Part shown: piece after piece, positions 39,199 to 50,956 of the stretch
Layout of the letters: each line of letters begins with the position of its first letter
Numbering within the stretch: position 1 is the first letter of the stretch
Assembly: GCA_034660555.1 (NCBI GenBank)
Contig: JAYEJL010000165.1
Coordinates: forward strand, 32,001-96,000
Direction of reading: 5' to 3'
DNA: 64,000 nucleotides
Origin: Thermotogota bacterium
GTDB taxonomy: Bacteria; Thermotogota; Thermotogae; Petrotogales; Kosmotogaceae
The notes under the pieces: generated by a model
What the model saw: only the letters and a program-made list of their open reading frames with translations
What the model was told of the DNA's origin: nothing
The model's database searches: none
Made by a program: the position numbers and the translations under genes

Positions 39199-40702
39199 GT
39201 TTTATCGCCCCTTAACGGATTTTTTATGGCAAAACGTGCATCTTTAGCAATTTTTGTTATTCCAAATATGATAACCAAGAATTCTAATCTACCCAAAAAC
39301 ATACCAGCGGTTTCTGTCCAGATAAGACCTAGGGGAGCATCCAGCCTGATGATTCCAACTGAAAGACCAACAGTACCTAAGGCAGAAGCAAACTCAAAGG
39401 AAGCGTCAGCAAGTGAATGCCCATATGACGCAACTATTCCTGTTCCTATACCAAAGGTTACAAAATAAAGAGTAAAAATTACCAATATTTCTCTTATCAG
39501 TGATGGCCTTATATATTGCCTTTTTTCGCCTTTCCAGATCTCGGTTTGCACAATTGCATTACGGGGTAAAAAGAAACCTTTGATCTCTGAAAAAATGACC
39601 TTAATTAAAGCAAATAATCTGAATTGCTTTAAACCACCGGAAGTAGAGTCCATATCTCCTCCAAAAATCATGAGAAGCGTGAGTAAATATAAACCGGTGT
39701 GAAATCCATTTGAACACCACCATGAAACAACTACCGTATTGAAACCCGTACCTGTGAGAGCCGATATTCCCTGAAATAAAGCGTGTCTAAAAGCTTCACC
39801 AATTCCCGAAAATATCATTGCAAAGGTTGTCACCAAAAGCAATGGCGTAAAAATGACTAAGATAATCCCCATAAGCTTTGGTTCTCCATTCTTCCAGAAT
39901 GCTTTGAAATTACCCTTCCATAAGTGTAGTATATACCAAAACCTGTTGTTCCAAGGAACATCAAAATGATTGTAACGATCTCTATAGGTATACTATTAAA
40001 TCCGCCTATTGAACTTGAATGAGTAGAAAAACCTCCCGTAGCAAGAGCAGTAAGTGAATGATTAAATGCATCAAAGCTGTTCATTCCTACTACTAAATAA
40101 GCAATAAAGCCCGCAATAGCATAGCTAAAATAAATAACAAGAATTCTACGAACTGAACTTCTCACATTGGGTACAAGATTATCTATTCTTCCCTCAGCGT
40201 GATATAAACCAAATCCCCCCGGACCCGCTATAGCTGACATCATTATTATTGCAAAACCTGCACCACCCGTGAACTGAAGGATACTCCTCCATACAAGATA
40301 TATTTTTGGTATTGTATCCTCATTGACCATTGTTAACCCCGTCGTAGTCCACCCCCTTGTCGATTCAAATATCGATTGAGAAAAGTTCAGAATATCACCC
40401 AGATAGAAGGGTAAAGAAGAAAAAAAGATCCCGAAGGTCCATACAAGAACAACAATTATGGCACCTTCCTGAATGGTTAATGGGGTACCAGGTTTAACCT
40501 TATATGTTATCCCAAATGCAAGTCCAAATATCATAACTATTATGGCTGTATAAATAAAAGGTAGCATGTCGGAAAGCTGGCTTTCCGGATACCAGAAGAA
40601 AAAAAGCAACGGTAATGATATAACGATAGGGAAATAAGTAAAAAGTCTGCCAATGTAACCAAAAATAACTTTATAGCGTTCCTTCATTGTTAAGAGATAC
40701 AT
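39195..40702 (-). pseudogene. trkH: TrkH potassium uptake membrane subunit, frameshifted
   Basis: Two ORFs carry consecutive pore loops (GWTTTG, LATGGF / LTGTGF, GST-like STSGG, ALGTVGLS); 1-nt loss near 39922 (ACTTATGG; restoring gives TLWKGNFKAFWKNGEPKLMG). Confidence 0.85.
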
Positions 40703-41365
40703 TTAAACCTCTCCAAGCAAAACGGTGAAAACAGCTGATTGTACCGAGGGATCACTTAACACAATTAACGCGTCATCAGCTTCTATTGTCGTTTCACCAC
40801 CTGGTATTATTACTTCGTCACTTCGAATGATGGCCCCTATTACGCTGTCTTTTGGTAATTCAAGATCCTTCAATGTTTTCGAAACTGCAGGTGAATCTTC
40901 ATCCATTTCAACTCTGAACATTGAAAGTCGTTCAGAGTTTGGAATCAAGTTGGTTATTTGTTCCCTAAAAAGGCTATCTTCAATAGCTCTTGAAAGTATC
41001 TCCGTGGGACTGACAACAGCAGAAACCCCTATTTTTCTAAATACTTTTATGTTGTCAGGGTCGTTTACAAGTGCTATTGGACGATTTAATTTAAAGACTT
41101 TTTTCGCCAGCATACATGCAATCAGGTTATTCTGATCATTCGGTGTTAGCGCTACAAATAAATCATCAACATTTAATTCAAGCTGTTCCAGGACATGTCT
41201 TTTACTACCATCACCATTTATTATTGTGGCTTTTTTTAATCGTTTCGCGAGAACTTCACAAAACTCTTCATCTTTATCCACAATGGTTATTTGGTGCCCC
41301 TTATCCTGTAATCTGCGTGATAGATGATATGCCACTTCTGTACCAGCAATCAATACAATTCTCAT
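40703..41365 (-). CDS. trkA: TrkA/KtrA-type potassium uptake regulatory subunit (RCK N+C)
   Basis: IVDKD, INGDG, LTPND..N, VVSP, TrkA-C (SP...K.L.DL.LP, IIP.G.T.I). Confidence 0.88.
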   Translation of the reverse strand: MRIVLIAGTEVAYHLSRRLQDKGHQITIVDKDEEFCEVLAKRLKKATIINGDGSKRHVLEQLELNVDDLFVALTPNDQNNLIACMLAKKVFKLNRPIALVNDPDNIKVFRKIGVSAVVSPTEILSRAIEDSLFREQITNLIPNSERLSMFRVEMDEDSPAVSKTLKDLELPKDSVIGAIIRSDEVIIPGGETTIEADDALIVLSDPSVQSAVFTVLLGEV

Positions 41366-41814
41366 TCTTCATCACGCTCATTGAATCCTAATCTCTCTTC
41401 AATATTTTTAACTGCCAGCATTGTCTGACAGATTATTTCAGTACCAAATTCAGACAATAGCTCACTATTGTTAGGATCTGTAACTCTTGCAAGCACACAG
41501 GGCACATTATAATACTCTTTTGCCACCATTCCAATCATAACGTTCGTATTATCATCAGAAGTAAGAACTAGTACAAAGTCAGCCATATCAACCTTGGCTG
41601 AACGAAATGTTTCCAATTCTGTGGCATCTCCTGTTATTGTAAATCCTGTAAATTAATAAAGCAGAGATTGAAAAGCGACTTCTTCTCTATCAACTACAAC
41701 TACACTATTGCCAGTTCCTGATAGCCAGTTGGCTATTCTAGAACCCAATCTGCCACACCCAAAAATTACAACATAATATCCCTTTTTCTTACTGGAGCCT
41801 CTTAAAATAGGCAT
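41362..41814 (-). pseudogene. trkA: Single-domain TrkA-N protein with in-frame nonsense codon
   Basis: ATG 41814 with SD AGGAGAG: ...YYVVIFGCGRLGSRIA...VVVD...FQSLLY*FTGFTITGDA; TAA at 41653-41655, frame continues to 41362. Confidence 0.85.
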
Positions 41815-41825
41815 ATTATTCTCTC

Positions 41826-42437
41826 CTAATTATTATCTTTTTCTTCTTTTTCCTCAAGAAGTTCTCTTGCTTCCTTGAAATTTGCATCCAGTGCGAGTGC
41901 TGCTTTAAGATACTTTATCTTCTTATCCTCACCTGAAACAAGAGCAAACAAATAATGAGGATAAGGACTGTCTGGAAAATCCTTTATTAACCTTCTGATC
42001 TCCTTGGTAGCCTTGCTTATTTTTTCACCTTTTATCAATCTTTCAATCTGTCTGACTCTTTTTTGGAGTCCTTCTTCAGCTCTTACACAATTTTCAAAGG
42101 CTTCGGTTAATTCTTGTGGCGCGAAAGGTTTGGTGATAAAATCACAAACCCCCATAATAAAAGCTTTTCTGATTATATCTGGCTTATCTAGTTCTGTAAC
42201 TACAACAATTGGAAAAGAGCAACCCAATTCTTCAAGCTTTTCAATGAAGCCGAAACCATTCATCTTGGGCATTTTCAGATCTAAAAACATCAGTTCCGGT
42301 CGATCACCTTTCTTTATGCTATCAAGTGCTTCTTCAGATGTTGCGAATGTATATGCGTCATGCCCTTCTTTTGAAATAATATTTTTAATAAGCCTTCTTA
42401 CATTTATCTGGGCATCTACTATAAAAATGTTAGCCAT
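41826..42437 (-). CDS. Response regulator (receiver + short TPR-like tail)
   Basis: FLDLKMP.MNG, VVVT, DFITKPF; first acidic pair is DA rather than DD. Confidence 0.85.
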   Translation of the reverse strand: MANIFIVDAQINVRRLIKNIISKEGHDAYTFATSEEALDSIKKGDRPELMFLDLKMPKMNGFGFIEKLEELGCSFPIVVVTELDKPDIIRKAFIMGVCDFITKPFAPQELTEAFENCVRAEEGLQKRVRQIERLIKGEKISKATKEIRRLIKDFPDSPYPHYLFALVSGEDKKIKYLKAALALDANFKEARELLEEKEEKDNN

Positions 42438-42482
42438 AGGGCTATCCTCCCAATTGCATTCAGATCAAGTAATTATAGTTTT

Positions 42483-42866
42483 TTAGGTGAATTGTTTTCT
42501 TATTCGCAAATGTATGACCAAAGTTATCACACTGCCAATTATAACTGAAAGATTGAATGAATCAACAGAAAAATGAAAATCCTGTTCTAAATAACCAGAT
42601 AACAAGCTTCCAAGAAGTATCAAAAAATTGAATAAGCCCAACAAAGAAGAAAACATGGTACCAATAAGAAGATGTGCTGCCCTTCTTTGTGGTTTTTCAA
42701 GACTTTCGCGAAGTCCAAAGAAGTAGATACCTGCACCTACACCAAGTACAAGTCCAAAGATTATATCCTGTTCAGCATAAATAAGTCCTGTCAATGTGTT
42801 TAAAGCCATTAATGGATAAAGAATACTAAATATCCATAACCAACTGTTTATTACTTTTATGTTCAT
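42483..42866 (-). CDS. Hypothetical 4-TM membrane protein
   Basis: Hydrophobic ORF; start overlaps the reconstructed feoB stop (ATGA). Confidence 0.65.
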   Translation of the reverse strand: MNIKVINSWLWIFSILYPLMALNTLTGLIYAEQDIIFGLVLGVGAGIYFFGLRESLEKPQRRAAHLLIGTMFSSLLGLFNFLILLGSLLSGYLEQDFHFSVDSFNLSVIIGSVITLVIHLRIRKQFT

Positions 42867-44837
42867 ACAAACAATCTCCCTGCAAGAGATATTAACAAAG
42901 CTACTATATAAGTTAATGAGAAACTATAAACTACTGATAATACAAGATATCTATTTTCCCGTTTCATTTTTCAAAACTATAAGCATTGGCAAACAAGGCA
43001 CATAAAGCAGAACAAACATCAAAAAAGCCAGTGCGTTAAACTGAGTCAAACCGGATTTCATAAGTTCAGCAGCTGCTGAAACGCCAGCCTGTGCAGATAA
43101 TGTTAAAGTAGAAAGAGTTGAAACAATTACTTCTTTTGCAGCAACACCAAAAATCAATGAAGTTACCATTTCCCATGTAAAACCTATTGGAGCAAATATT
43201 GGCTCCAAAAAATGCCCTATTTTTGCAGCAAAGCTTTCTGTAATATTTCCCGGTACAGGATAGTAAGACAAGAACCAGATCACTATCGAAGCTATTAAAA
43301 TAATACTCCCAGCTTTTTTTTAGAAAATGTTTTCCTCTATTCCATGTATATTGAATCAGAGATGAAATTTTTGGGGTTCGATATCTTGGCAGTTCCATAA
43401 TCATCGCAGGTTTGCCTTTAAACAACAGTTTATTTATAAATATTGATGAAACAGCAGTTATAAATATGCTGAACAGATAAATCGAAAAAATAACTATCCC
43501 CGCTCTGGCACTAAAAAAAACACCTGCAATCATTATGTAAACTGGTAATCGAGCGCTACAGCTTATAAAAGGGGATACTATAGCCGTAACAATTTTTTCC
43601 TGTGGCTCACTTATCGATCTCGTAGACATTATTGATGTAACATTACATCCAAAACCAAGTAGTAAAGACATAAAGGAACGTCCACTCAACTTTAACGTGT
43701 ACATGGCTTTATCAACAACAAATGCGGCTCTTGGGAGATAACCAGATTCCTCCAGGATACCCATTATCAGGAACAAAATGAAAATATTTGGAGCAAAAAC
43801 AAGAACAGCTACAACGCCACCAACTATTCCTTCACTCAAAACATCAGCCAGCCACTTAATACTTATAAGTCCATCAATAAAAGAACCAAGAACGCCCAAA
43901 CCTTCTTCTATCATTAACGCAAACGGCTCACCAAAAGTAAATGTAATTTCAAAAACAAGATACATAAAGGAAAAAAATATGGCCAGTCCAAGATACTTGT
44001 GTGTAAATACATGGTCCGTTGCCGTATTAATTCCCCACTTCTCTTTTCCTGGCTTTTTATAGGATTCTTTCAAAATATACTTGATGTGTTCATATCTCAG
44101 CTGTGAAATTTCGCTTGAGAAGTTGCGCTTCAAATTGATACCTGTAAGCTTACAGATCTCTTCATCACCTTCCAGCACCTTAATAGATAACCACCGACTG
44201 TCATAATCCTTCAGTTCTTCCTTATTTCTAAAAATAGAAGAAAGTTCTGTTATCTTATTTTCTAATTCTTTGCTAAATATATGATGTACATGAGAACTGC
44301 CTATACTGTACTTAAATATACCTTTTACAAAATCTTTTACTCCCTCACCCGTATAGGCTGACATTAGGAAAACAGGAATGCCCAGGTGCTGCCGAAGTTC
44401 CTCTGGATCAATGAAGATATTCTCTTTCTTGGCTTCATTTAATGAATTGATCGCGAGTATGACATCTCCTCGCATTTCAAGAACCTGAAATAATAGATAA
44501 AGGCTCCTCTCCAGTTTAACCGCATCGGCAATAACTACAACTATTTCAAGTTCTTCCTCAATAAGATAATCCCTGGTAATCTTTTCATCAAGGCTGTTTG
44601 CTCCCAAAGTATATGTGCCTGGTAAATCAACTACTTTAAAGGACCTGTTTTCTTTTTCCAGCTTACCAACGCGTTTCTCCACAGTTACCCCTGGCCAATT
44701 TGCAACGTATTGCTTCATACCGGTCAACAGGTTAAACACACTTGTTTTACCTACATTAGGGTTACCAAGCAGAGCAATGGTTCCAGTATATATTTTAGTT
44801 TCTGATTGTACAGCATTTTTTTATTTTTTTCTTTCAT
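42863..44837 (-). pseudogene. feoB: Ferrous iron transporter B with three frame disruptions
   Basis: GNPNVGKTS, NWPGVTVE, DLPG, LEESGY, GFGC, CSARLP, AKEV, LYVPC; breaks at A7 run 44816-44822, A8 run 43314-43321 and near 42953. Confidence 0.9.
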
Positions 44838-45285
44838 AACTGCTTTCTCTCACAAAAATCTTTTTGTACTTTCCAAAGGGTAACCAAAATTTTCCTTTAT
44901 TGGTTTCGATAAATTTCCTATTTACATGGGACACCAGTACTCTTATCCTGCTTCCCGGGCTTATTCCCATCCTGTCGACATTTTCTCTAAATCGATAACC
45001 GCCACTTAAAAAATCAACAACATGTTCCCCTCTATGGGCAACCGAAAGATTTGTTATGTCACTCTCCACAGAAATTTCTGACGCCTGCGAATCACGAAGT
45101 GTTATTTCCGTACCTTTGATTCTGTAAACGGTAGGATCACCCAGCGGGGCTTTTCTTACAACTTCAACCTGCTCTCCAGGAACAAACCCAAGACCATACA
45201 GTCTTTCTGTAAACCTGTCAGGTAGATCTATTTTTATTATTTTCCCTTTTGCTCCTGCGGGAAGTTCAGATAAAGGACATATCAT
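44821..45285 (-). CDS. feoA: FeoA family protein with two tandem FeoA domains
   Basis: RL..LG.VPG..V.V...APLGDP...I.LR; second repeat RMGI.PG..I.V. Confidence 0.9.
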   Translation of the reverse strand: MICPLSELPAGAKGKIIKIDLPDRFTERLYGLGFVPGEQVEVVRKAPLGDPTVYRIKGTEITLRDSQASEISVESDITNLSVAHRGEHVVDFLSGGYRFRENVDRMGISPGSRIRVLVSHVNRKFIETNKGKFWLPFGKYKKIFVRESSYERKK

Positions 45286-45294
45286 AACATCACC

Positions 45295-45317
45295 TTATTG
45301 AGATTTATTCTCAATAA
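45295..45317 (-). promoter_or_regulatory. Fur-type operator upstream of feoA
   Basis: Perfect 9-bp arms TTATTGAGA-N5-TCTCAATAA abutting the feoA SD; resembles Fur 9-1-9 box; iron-uptake context. Confidence 0.75.
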
Positions 45318-45355
45318 TTTTATCACACTCTCTAATGGTTAAACAGTACATAAAC

Positions 45356-45385
45356 AAAAAAGGGGACTATAAAAGTCCCCTTTTT
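45356..45385 (-). terminator. groEL terminator
   Basis: AAAAAAGGGGACT-N5-AGTCCCCTTTTT. Confidence 0.9.
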
Positions 45386-45409
45386 AACAAGTTGTCACCT
45401 TTTATTTAT

Positions 45410-47041
<1,632 letters not shown>

Positions 47042-47051
47042 CTACCTCCTT

Positions 47052-47321
47052 TCAGTCCTCAAGTTTTGCCAGAACATCGTCCTGATCAATAATAATATAA
47101 TCTTCTTCATCAATCTTCAGTTCAGTACCTGCGTACTTGGAAAAAATCACCTTGTCCTTTGGTTTTACATCAAGGTCTTCAACTTCTTTTCCAACCTCAA
47201 GTACCTCAGCTTTCATAGGTTTCTCTTTGGCTGTTTCGGGTATTACTATACCCCCTTCAGTCTTCTTCTCCTCTTGAATAGGCTTAATTAACAATCTCGA
47301 TCCTAATGGAATGACTTTCAC
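47052..47321 (-). CDS. groS: Co-chaperonin GroES
   Basis: PLG.R, T.GGIVIP.TAKEKP, FSKYAGTE. Confidence 0.98.
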   Translation of the reverse strand: MKVIPLGSRLLIKPIQEEKKTEGGIVIPETAKEKPMKAEVLEVGKEVEDLDVKPKDKVIFSKYAGTELKIDEEDYIIIDQDDVLAKLED

Positions 47322-47352
47322 GATGAAACCTCCTTTCGATATTCAAATTTTT

Positions 47353-47379
47353 TTAGCACTCTAACCTTAAGTCTGCTAA
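47353..47379 (-). promoter_or_regulatory. CIRCE element upstream of groESL
   Basis: TTAGCACTC-N9-GTCTGCTAA; minus-strand promoter TTGAAG-N17-TATTAT lies just upstream (47385-47413). Confidence 0.92.
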
Positions 47380-47634
47380 TTTATATAATAAAGCAAGATA
47401 ATACATTCTTCAATAGGCAAATTTTACAATTAACAAAAACTTCAATTTAATATTAGTGAAGAAGAACGTTTATAATCATTTTACTAACCATTAGACCCTA
47501 TAATTTTCGTTTACTCTCCTTTTCTAGTCTACTAGAAATTTAACCGGTAATTTTACAATTTAATTTTATGATTCTTTCTATTATCGTATAATTGTAACAA
47601 CTTATATTAATCCTTTTAGAGAGGAGAATATACG

Positions 47635-50082
47635 ATGAAGTTATTTTATATCTTGATCTTTTTTTTAGTTTGTGTTTCAACCTTTTTTTCTTATGGATTA
47701 TTGAAGTTCCCGAACGCTGATGTTTATTACGAAACAGGATATAAAGCAATTGCTGAAAAGGCTGGAACGATATTTGAGGAAATAAGGCCTCTGGCAATAG
47801 ATCTGGTTGGCAATGATCCTGGAAAAATTAATATTGTTATAAAGGATATTGGAACTGTAACAAATGGCTATGCTGTCCCTCAATATCATAAAACTATTGC
47901 AATATACACGTGGCCACCAGATAGCTATATAGCAATCAGATTGAACTCAGTGAGCTGGTTCAGACAGGTTATAATGCACGAATTCACCCATATAGTTCAT
48001 CTCTCTTACATATCGGGTGTTAATAGATTTCTTACTAATTTCTTCACCGGTTCAGAATTGCTGTCACCACAATTCTTTACTCCTTTCGGTGAATCTGTAA
48101 CCTTATTGGCAGAATCCTCCATACATTTTGCTGAAGGCAGATTAAATAATCCGGTATGGAGCAGGGGCATGTATTTATCAAGTATAGAAGGTAATTATTT
48201 TCCTGATCTTGCTTATGCACTTGCAATAAATGATGAAGATTATAGAGGAGGATTTCTTTACTACAATTATCCCGCTGGATTCTATGAGTACCTGATCAAT
48301 ATGTATGGTTTATCAAAAGCCAAAAAATTTCATTCCATAGTTGCAAAAATGCCACCGATCCTTGGTGTTATTATCGCCTCAAACAAAGCTTTTGGAAAAG
48401 ACATTAATATTCTATACAACGAGTGGAAAGAAACCTTGTCTAATAAATCTCCGATCAAACAGAGTAAATTCAAAGAAATTTATACAGTAAAAAATGGAAA
48501 CATAACAGATATTTGGTCAGATGATAAACTGTACCTTTCTTATGCAATTATGGGTAACGCTTCATCCTGGGATAATAAACATAGAATCAGCATAGCTTCT
48601 CTAAATGAGAAGGGCAAAACTTCAATAGAAATCAATGGTGCCCTTCCATTAAGAGCTAAAAGCGATAATGGCGTATTACTTACCATGCAAAACAATATTG
48701 AGGGGAGTGAATATACACGAACGCTGTGGAAAAAAGATGCAAATGGATGGGAAGAACTTTTCAAAGGAAATATCACTGCATTTGAAATAAATAATAAAGA
48801 TATTTATATAGCCTATTATGATCAAAAAAATGAAAGCAGTACACTTTTGAAGAACAATTCAGTATTCCTGGAAACAGAGTTTCACATTAAAGACATCGAA
48901 ATATCTGACGATGGAGAAATCGCGCTTCTTGTTGATAATGAGCAAAGACAGGGAAGTATAGCATTGATAAAACTCGGTGGTTTAGAGCTTGTTTTAGATG
49001 ATCCGGTTTTCAAAAGTTCCTCCATTGAATGGTTCAACGGAAAATTAATCTTTCCTGCTGCTTACAATGAAAAGTATATGGATGCCTATGCTTTTGATCC
49101 TTATACAAAAAGGCTTTTTCAGTTAAGCGAAGGATTGTTTCTAGAGAAGATTGTTTACTTTAAAAATAAAATATATGCAATAGGAAACTCTCTTAAAAGT
49201 AAAGGTATGGCTGTTTTTGAGCTGGAACCGCTTGAAAAAGATATTGCTATCCCGGAACTCAAAAATGCGGATCAAACAATTACTGTAGACTACGAAGAAG
49301 GTAATTTTGGACTTAATACAGCCAGATATTTCATAAATCCGGTAATTCATTTTCCTTTAGTAAGTTTTGGAAGCGATGGCTGCAAACTGGGGGTTGGCAC
49401 CATACATACTGATCCCTACGAAAAACACAGATTGATACTTAGTGGAGAGTATGATAGCAACAGCAAAAATTTTATATTTAATGCAGATTATAATTATAAA
49501 ATGACAAAAAGATTATCAACCCAATTGAATGTTGAATTAACCCTCCCTTCATCAACGACAGGAACAGTTTCTCTGGAATACCTTGGACTTGATAAAATAT
49601 TGAGACCTGGAATAACACTTAATGGTGCTCTTTCACTCCGTTACAATATTGGAAGTAACTTTGAAATTGCTTTAAAAAGTGTGCTAGCCGGAGATCAATG
49701 GAATGTCAATATCAACCCCTACGTTCATCTTACTGAAGATTCGGTAATCCCAGAATTATCTTGTTCAATCTCAATGGCACCGACATTAAACACTTTGATA
49801 AAGGGATCATTTAGTACTGATGAAAAACGCTGGACAATCTCTTTACTTCAAAATATTCTTGATATTCATTCTGGTAAAGTTCCCTGGCTTTTTGTATCAG
49901 AAATAGCTCTTGGTACAAGAATTAATGGAGTATCAAGCAACTTCGATAATGGTGTTCTATATGTAACCACCGGAATAAATGATACATGGGGTTTTGGCAT
50001 AAGATTGTACCCAAAGGTTGGTATTTCTATAGATGATGTATTAACAACTTCTCTGTTCTTAGAACTAAATATGCAACCATAA
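47635..50082 (+). CDS. Hypothetical exported protein: HEXXH zincin-like N-domain, beta-rich middle and C-terminal regions
   Basis: Signal peptide, VIMHEFTHIVH, SD GAGGAG; 815-aa open frame followed by terminator. Confidence 0.75.
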   Translation: MKLFYILIFFLVCVSTFFSYGLLKFPNADVYYETGYKAIAEKAGTIFEEIRPLAIDLVGNDPGKINIVIKDIGTVTNGYAVPQYHKTIAIYTWPPDSYIAIRLNSVSWFRQVIMHEFTHIVHLSYISGVNRFLTNFFTGSELLSPQFFTPFGESVTLLAESSIHFAEGRLNNPVWSRGMYLSSIEGNYFPDLAYALAINDEDYRGGFLYYNYPAGFYEYLINMYGLSKAKKFHSIVAKMPPILGVIIASNKAFGKDINILYNEWKETLSNKSPIKQSKFKEIYTVKNGNITDIWSDDKLYLSYAIMGNASSWDNKHRISIASLNEKGKTSIEINGALPLRAKSDNGVLLTMQNNIEGSEYTRTLWKKDANGWEELFKGNITAFEINNKDIYIAYYDQKNESSTLLKNNSVFLETEFHIKDIEISDDGEIALLVDNEQRQGSIALIKLGGLELVLDDPVFKSSSIEWFNGKLIFPAAYNEKYMDAYAFDPYTKRLFQLSEGLFLEKIVYFKNKIYAIGNSLKSKGMAVFELEPLEKDIAIPELKNADQTITVDYEEGNFGLNTARYFINPVIHFPLVSFGSDGCKLGVGTIHTDPYEKHRLILSGEYDSNSKNFIFNADYNYKMTKRLSTQLNVELTLPSSTTGTVSLEYLGLDKILRPGITLNGALSLRYNIGSNFEIALKSVLAGDQWNVNINPYVHLTEDSVIPELSCSISMAPTLNTLIKGSFSTDEKRWTISLLQNILDIHSGKVPWLFVSEIALGTRINGVSSNFDNGVLYVTTGINDTWGFGIRLYPKVGISIDDVLTTSLFLELNMQP

Positions 50083-50102
50083 AAGATAGTAAAAATTCAC
50101 CC

Positions 50103-50127
50103 GGGCACTTTCAAAGTGCCCTTTTTT
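50103..50127 (+). terminator. Rho-independent terminator
   Basis: GGGCACTT-TCA-AAGTGCCC-TTTTTT. Confidence 0.88.
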
Positions 50128-50267
50128 ATCATAATAAACAAAAATACTATAAAACAAATAATTCTTGTAAATGTAAAGTTTCAAGTCAAATTTTAAGCAG
50201 GACTTTATATCGGGTATTAATTTTTGTTATAGTATTAGTGAAAAACATAACAAAAGGAGGAAACAAA

Positions 50268-50720
50268 ATGTCTGATGCAAAATTTAGAATAAGAGCTACT
50301 TCAGAAAACGCAACAAAAACAAAAGTAAAGGCGAGAAACTTCGAAATGATATTGGACGAGCCAGACCAATTTGGTGGTACAAATGAGGGAGCCACACCGG
50401 TTGAATATGTTCTTGCATCTCTCGCAGGTTGTCTAAATGTGGTAGGCCATATGGTAGCAAAAGAATTGGATTTTGAGATAAGAGATCTTTCATTTGACAT
50501 TTCTGGACCACTAAACGCAGACAAAGCTTTTGGTAAAGATACAAAGGATAGAGCAGGCTACAAAAACATTGATGTTACTATCAAGATTGATGCCGATGCT
50601 GATGAAGATATATTAAACAAGTGGGTAGAAATGGTTGAAAGCAGATGCCCTGTTTCTGATAACTTACACAACAAGACACCACTTAATATATCTCTAAAAA
50701 CCATTGTTGAAGCAGAATAA
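50268..50720 (+). CDS. OsmC/Ohr family protein
   Basis: DEP...GG...G.TPVEY.L.SLAGC and RCPV; SD AGGAGG favours ATG 50268. Confidence 0.9.
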   Translation: MSDAKFRIRATSENATKTKVKARNFEMILDEPDQFGGTNEGATPVEYVLASLAGCLNVVGHMVAKELDFEIRDLSFDISGPLNADKAFGKDTKDRAGYKNIDVTIKIDADADEDILNKWVEMVESRCPVSDNLHNKTPLNISLKTIVEAE

Positions 50721-50740
50721 GTAGAATATTTTTAATTGAC

Positions 50741-50765
50741 TGCCCCCTTTTTGGGGCATTTTTTT
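50741..50765 (+). terminator. Rho-independent terminator
   Basis: TGCCCC-N6-GGGGCA plus T run. Confidence 0.8.
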
Positions 50766-50918
50766 GTTAAATAAACCTGGTTGATATCAGCAAAAGTTAA
50801 TAAATATATTGAGAAATACTCACTTCATCACTTTTCAGAGACTCTAGGTACAACTAAGTAAAAATAGAGCCATCAAATCACATTTTGTTATTAGGAGAGT
50901 TAGTTTTATAATGTATAC

Positions 50919-50943
50919 GTTAACGATAACTGTTAACGATAAC
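50919..50943 (+). promoter_or_regulatory. Tandem LacI-family operators
   Basis: GTTAACGATAAC twice (50919-50930, 50932-50943), each near-palindromic around CG, between TATAAT (50907-50912) and the SD. Confidence 0.7.
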
Positions 50944-50956
50944 GTAGGGGGTAGCT

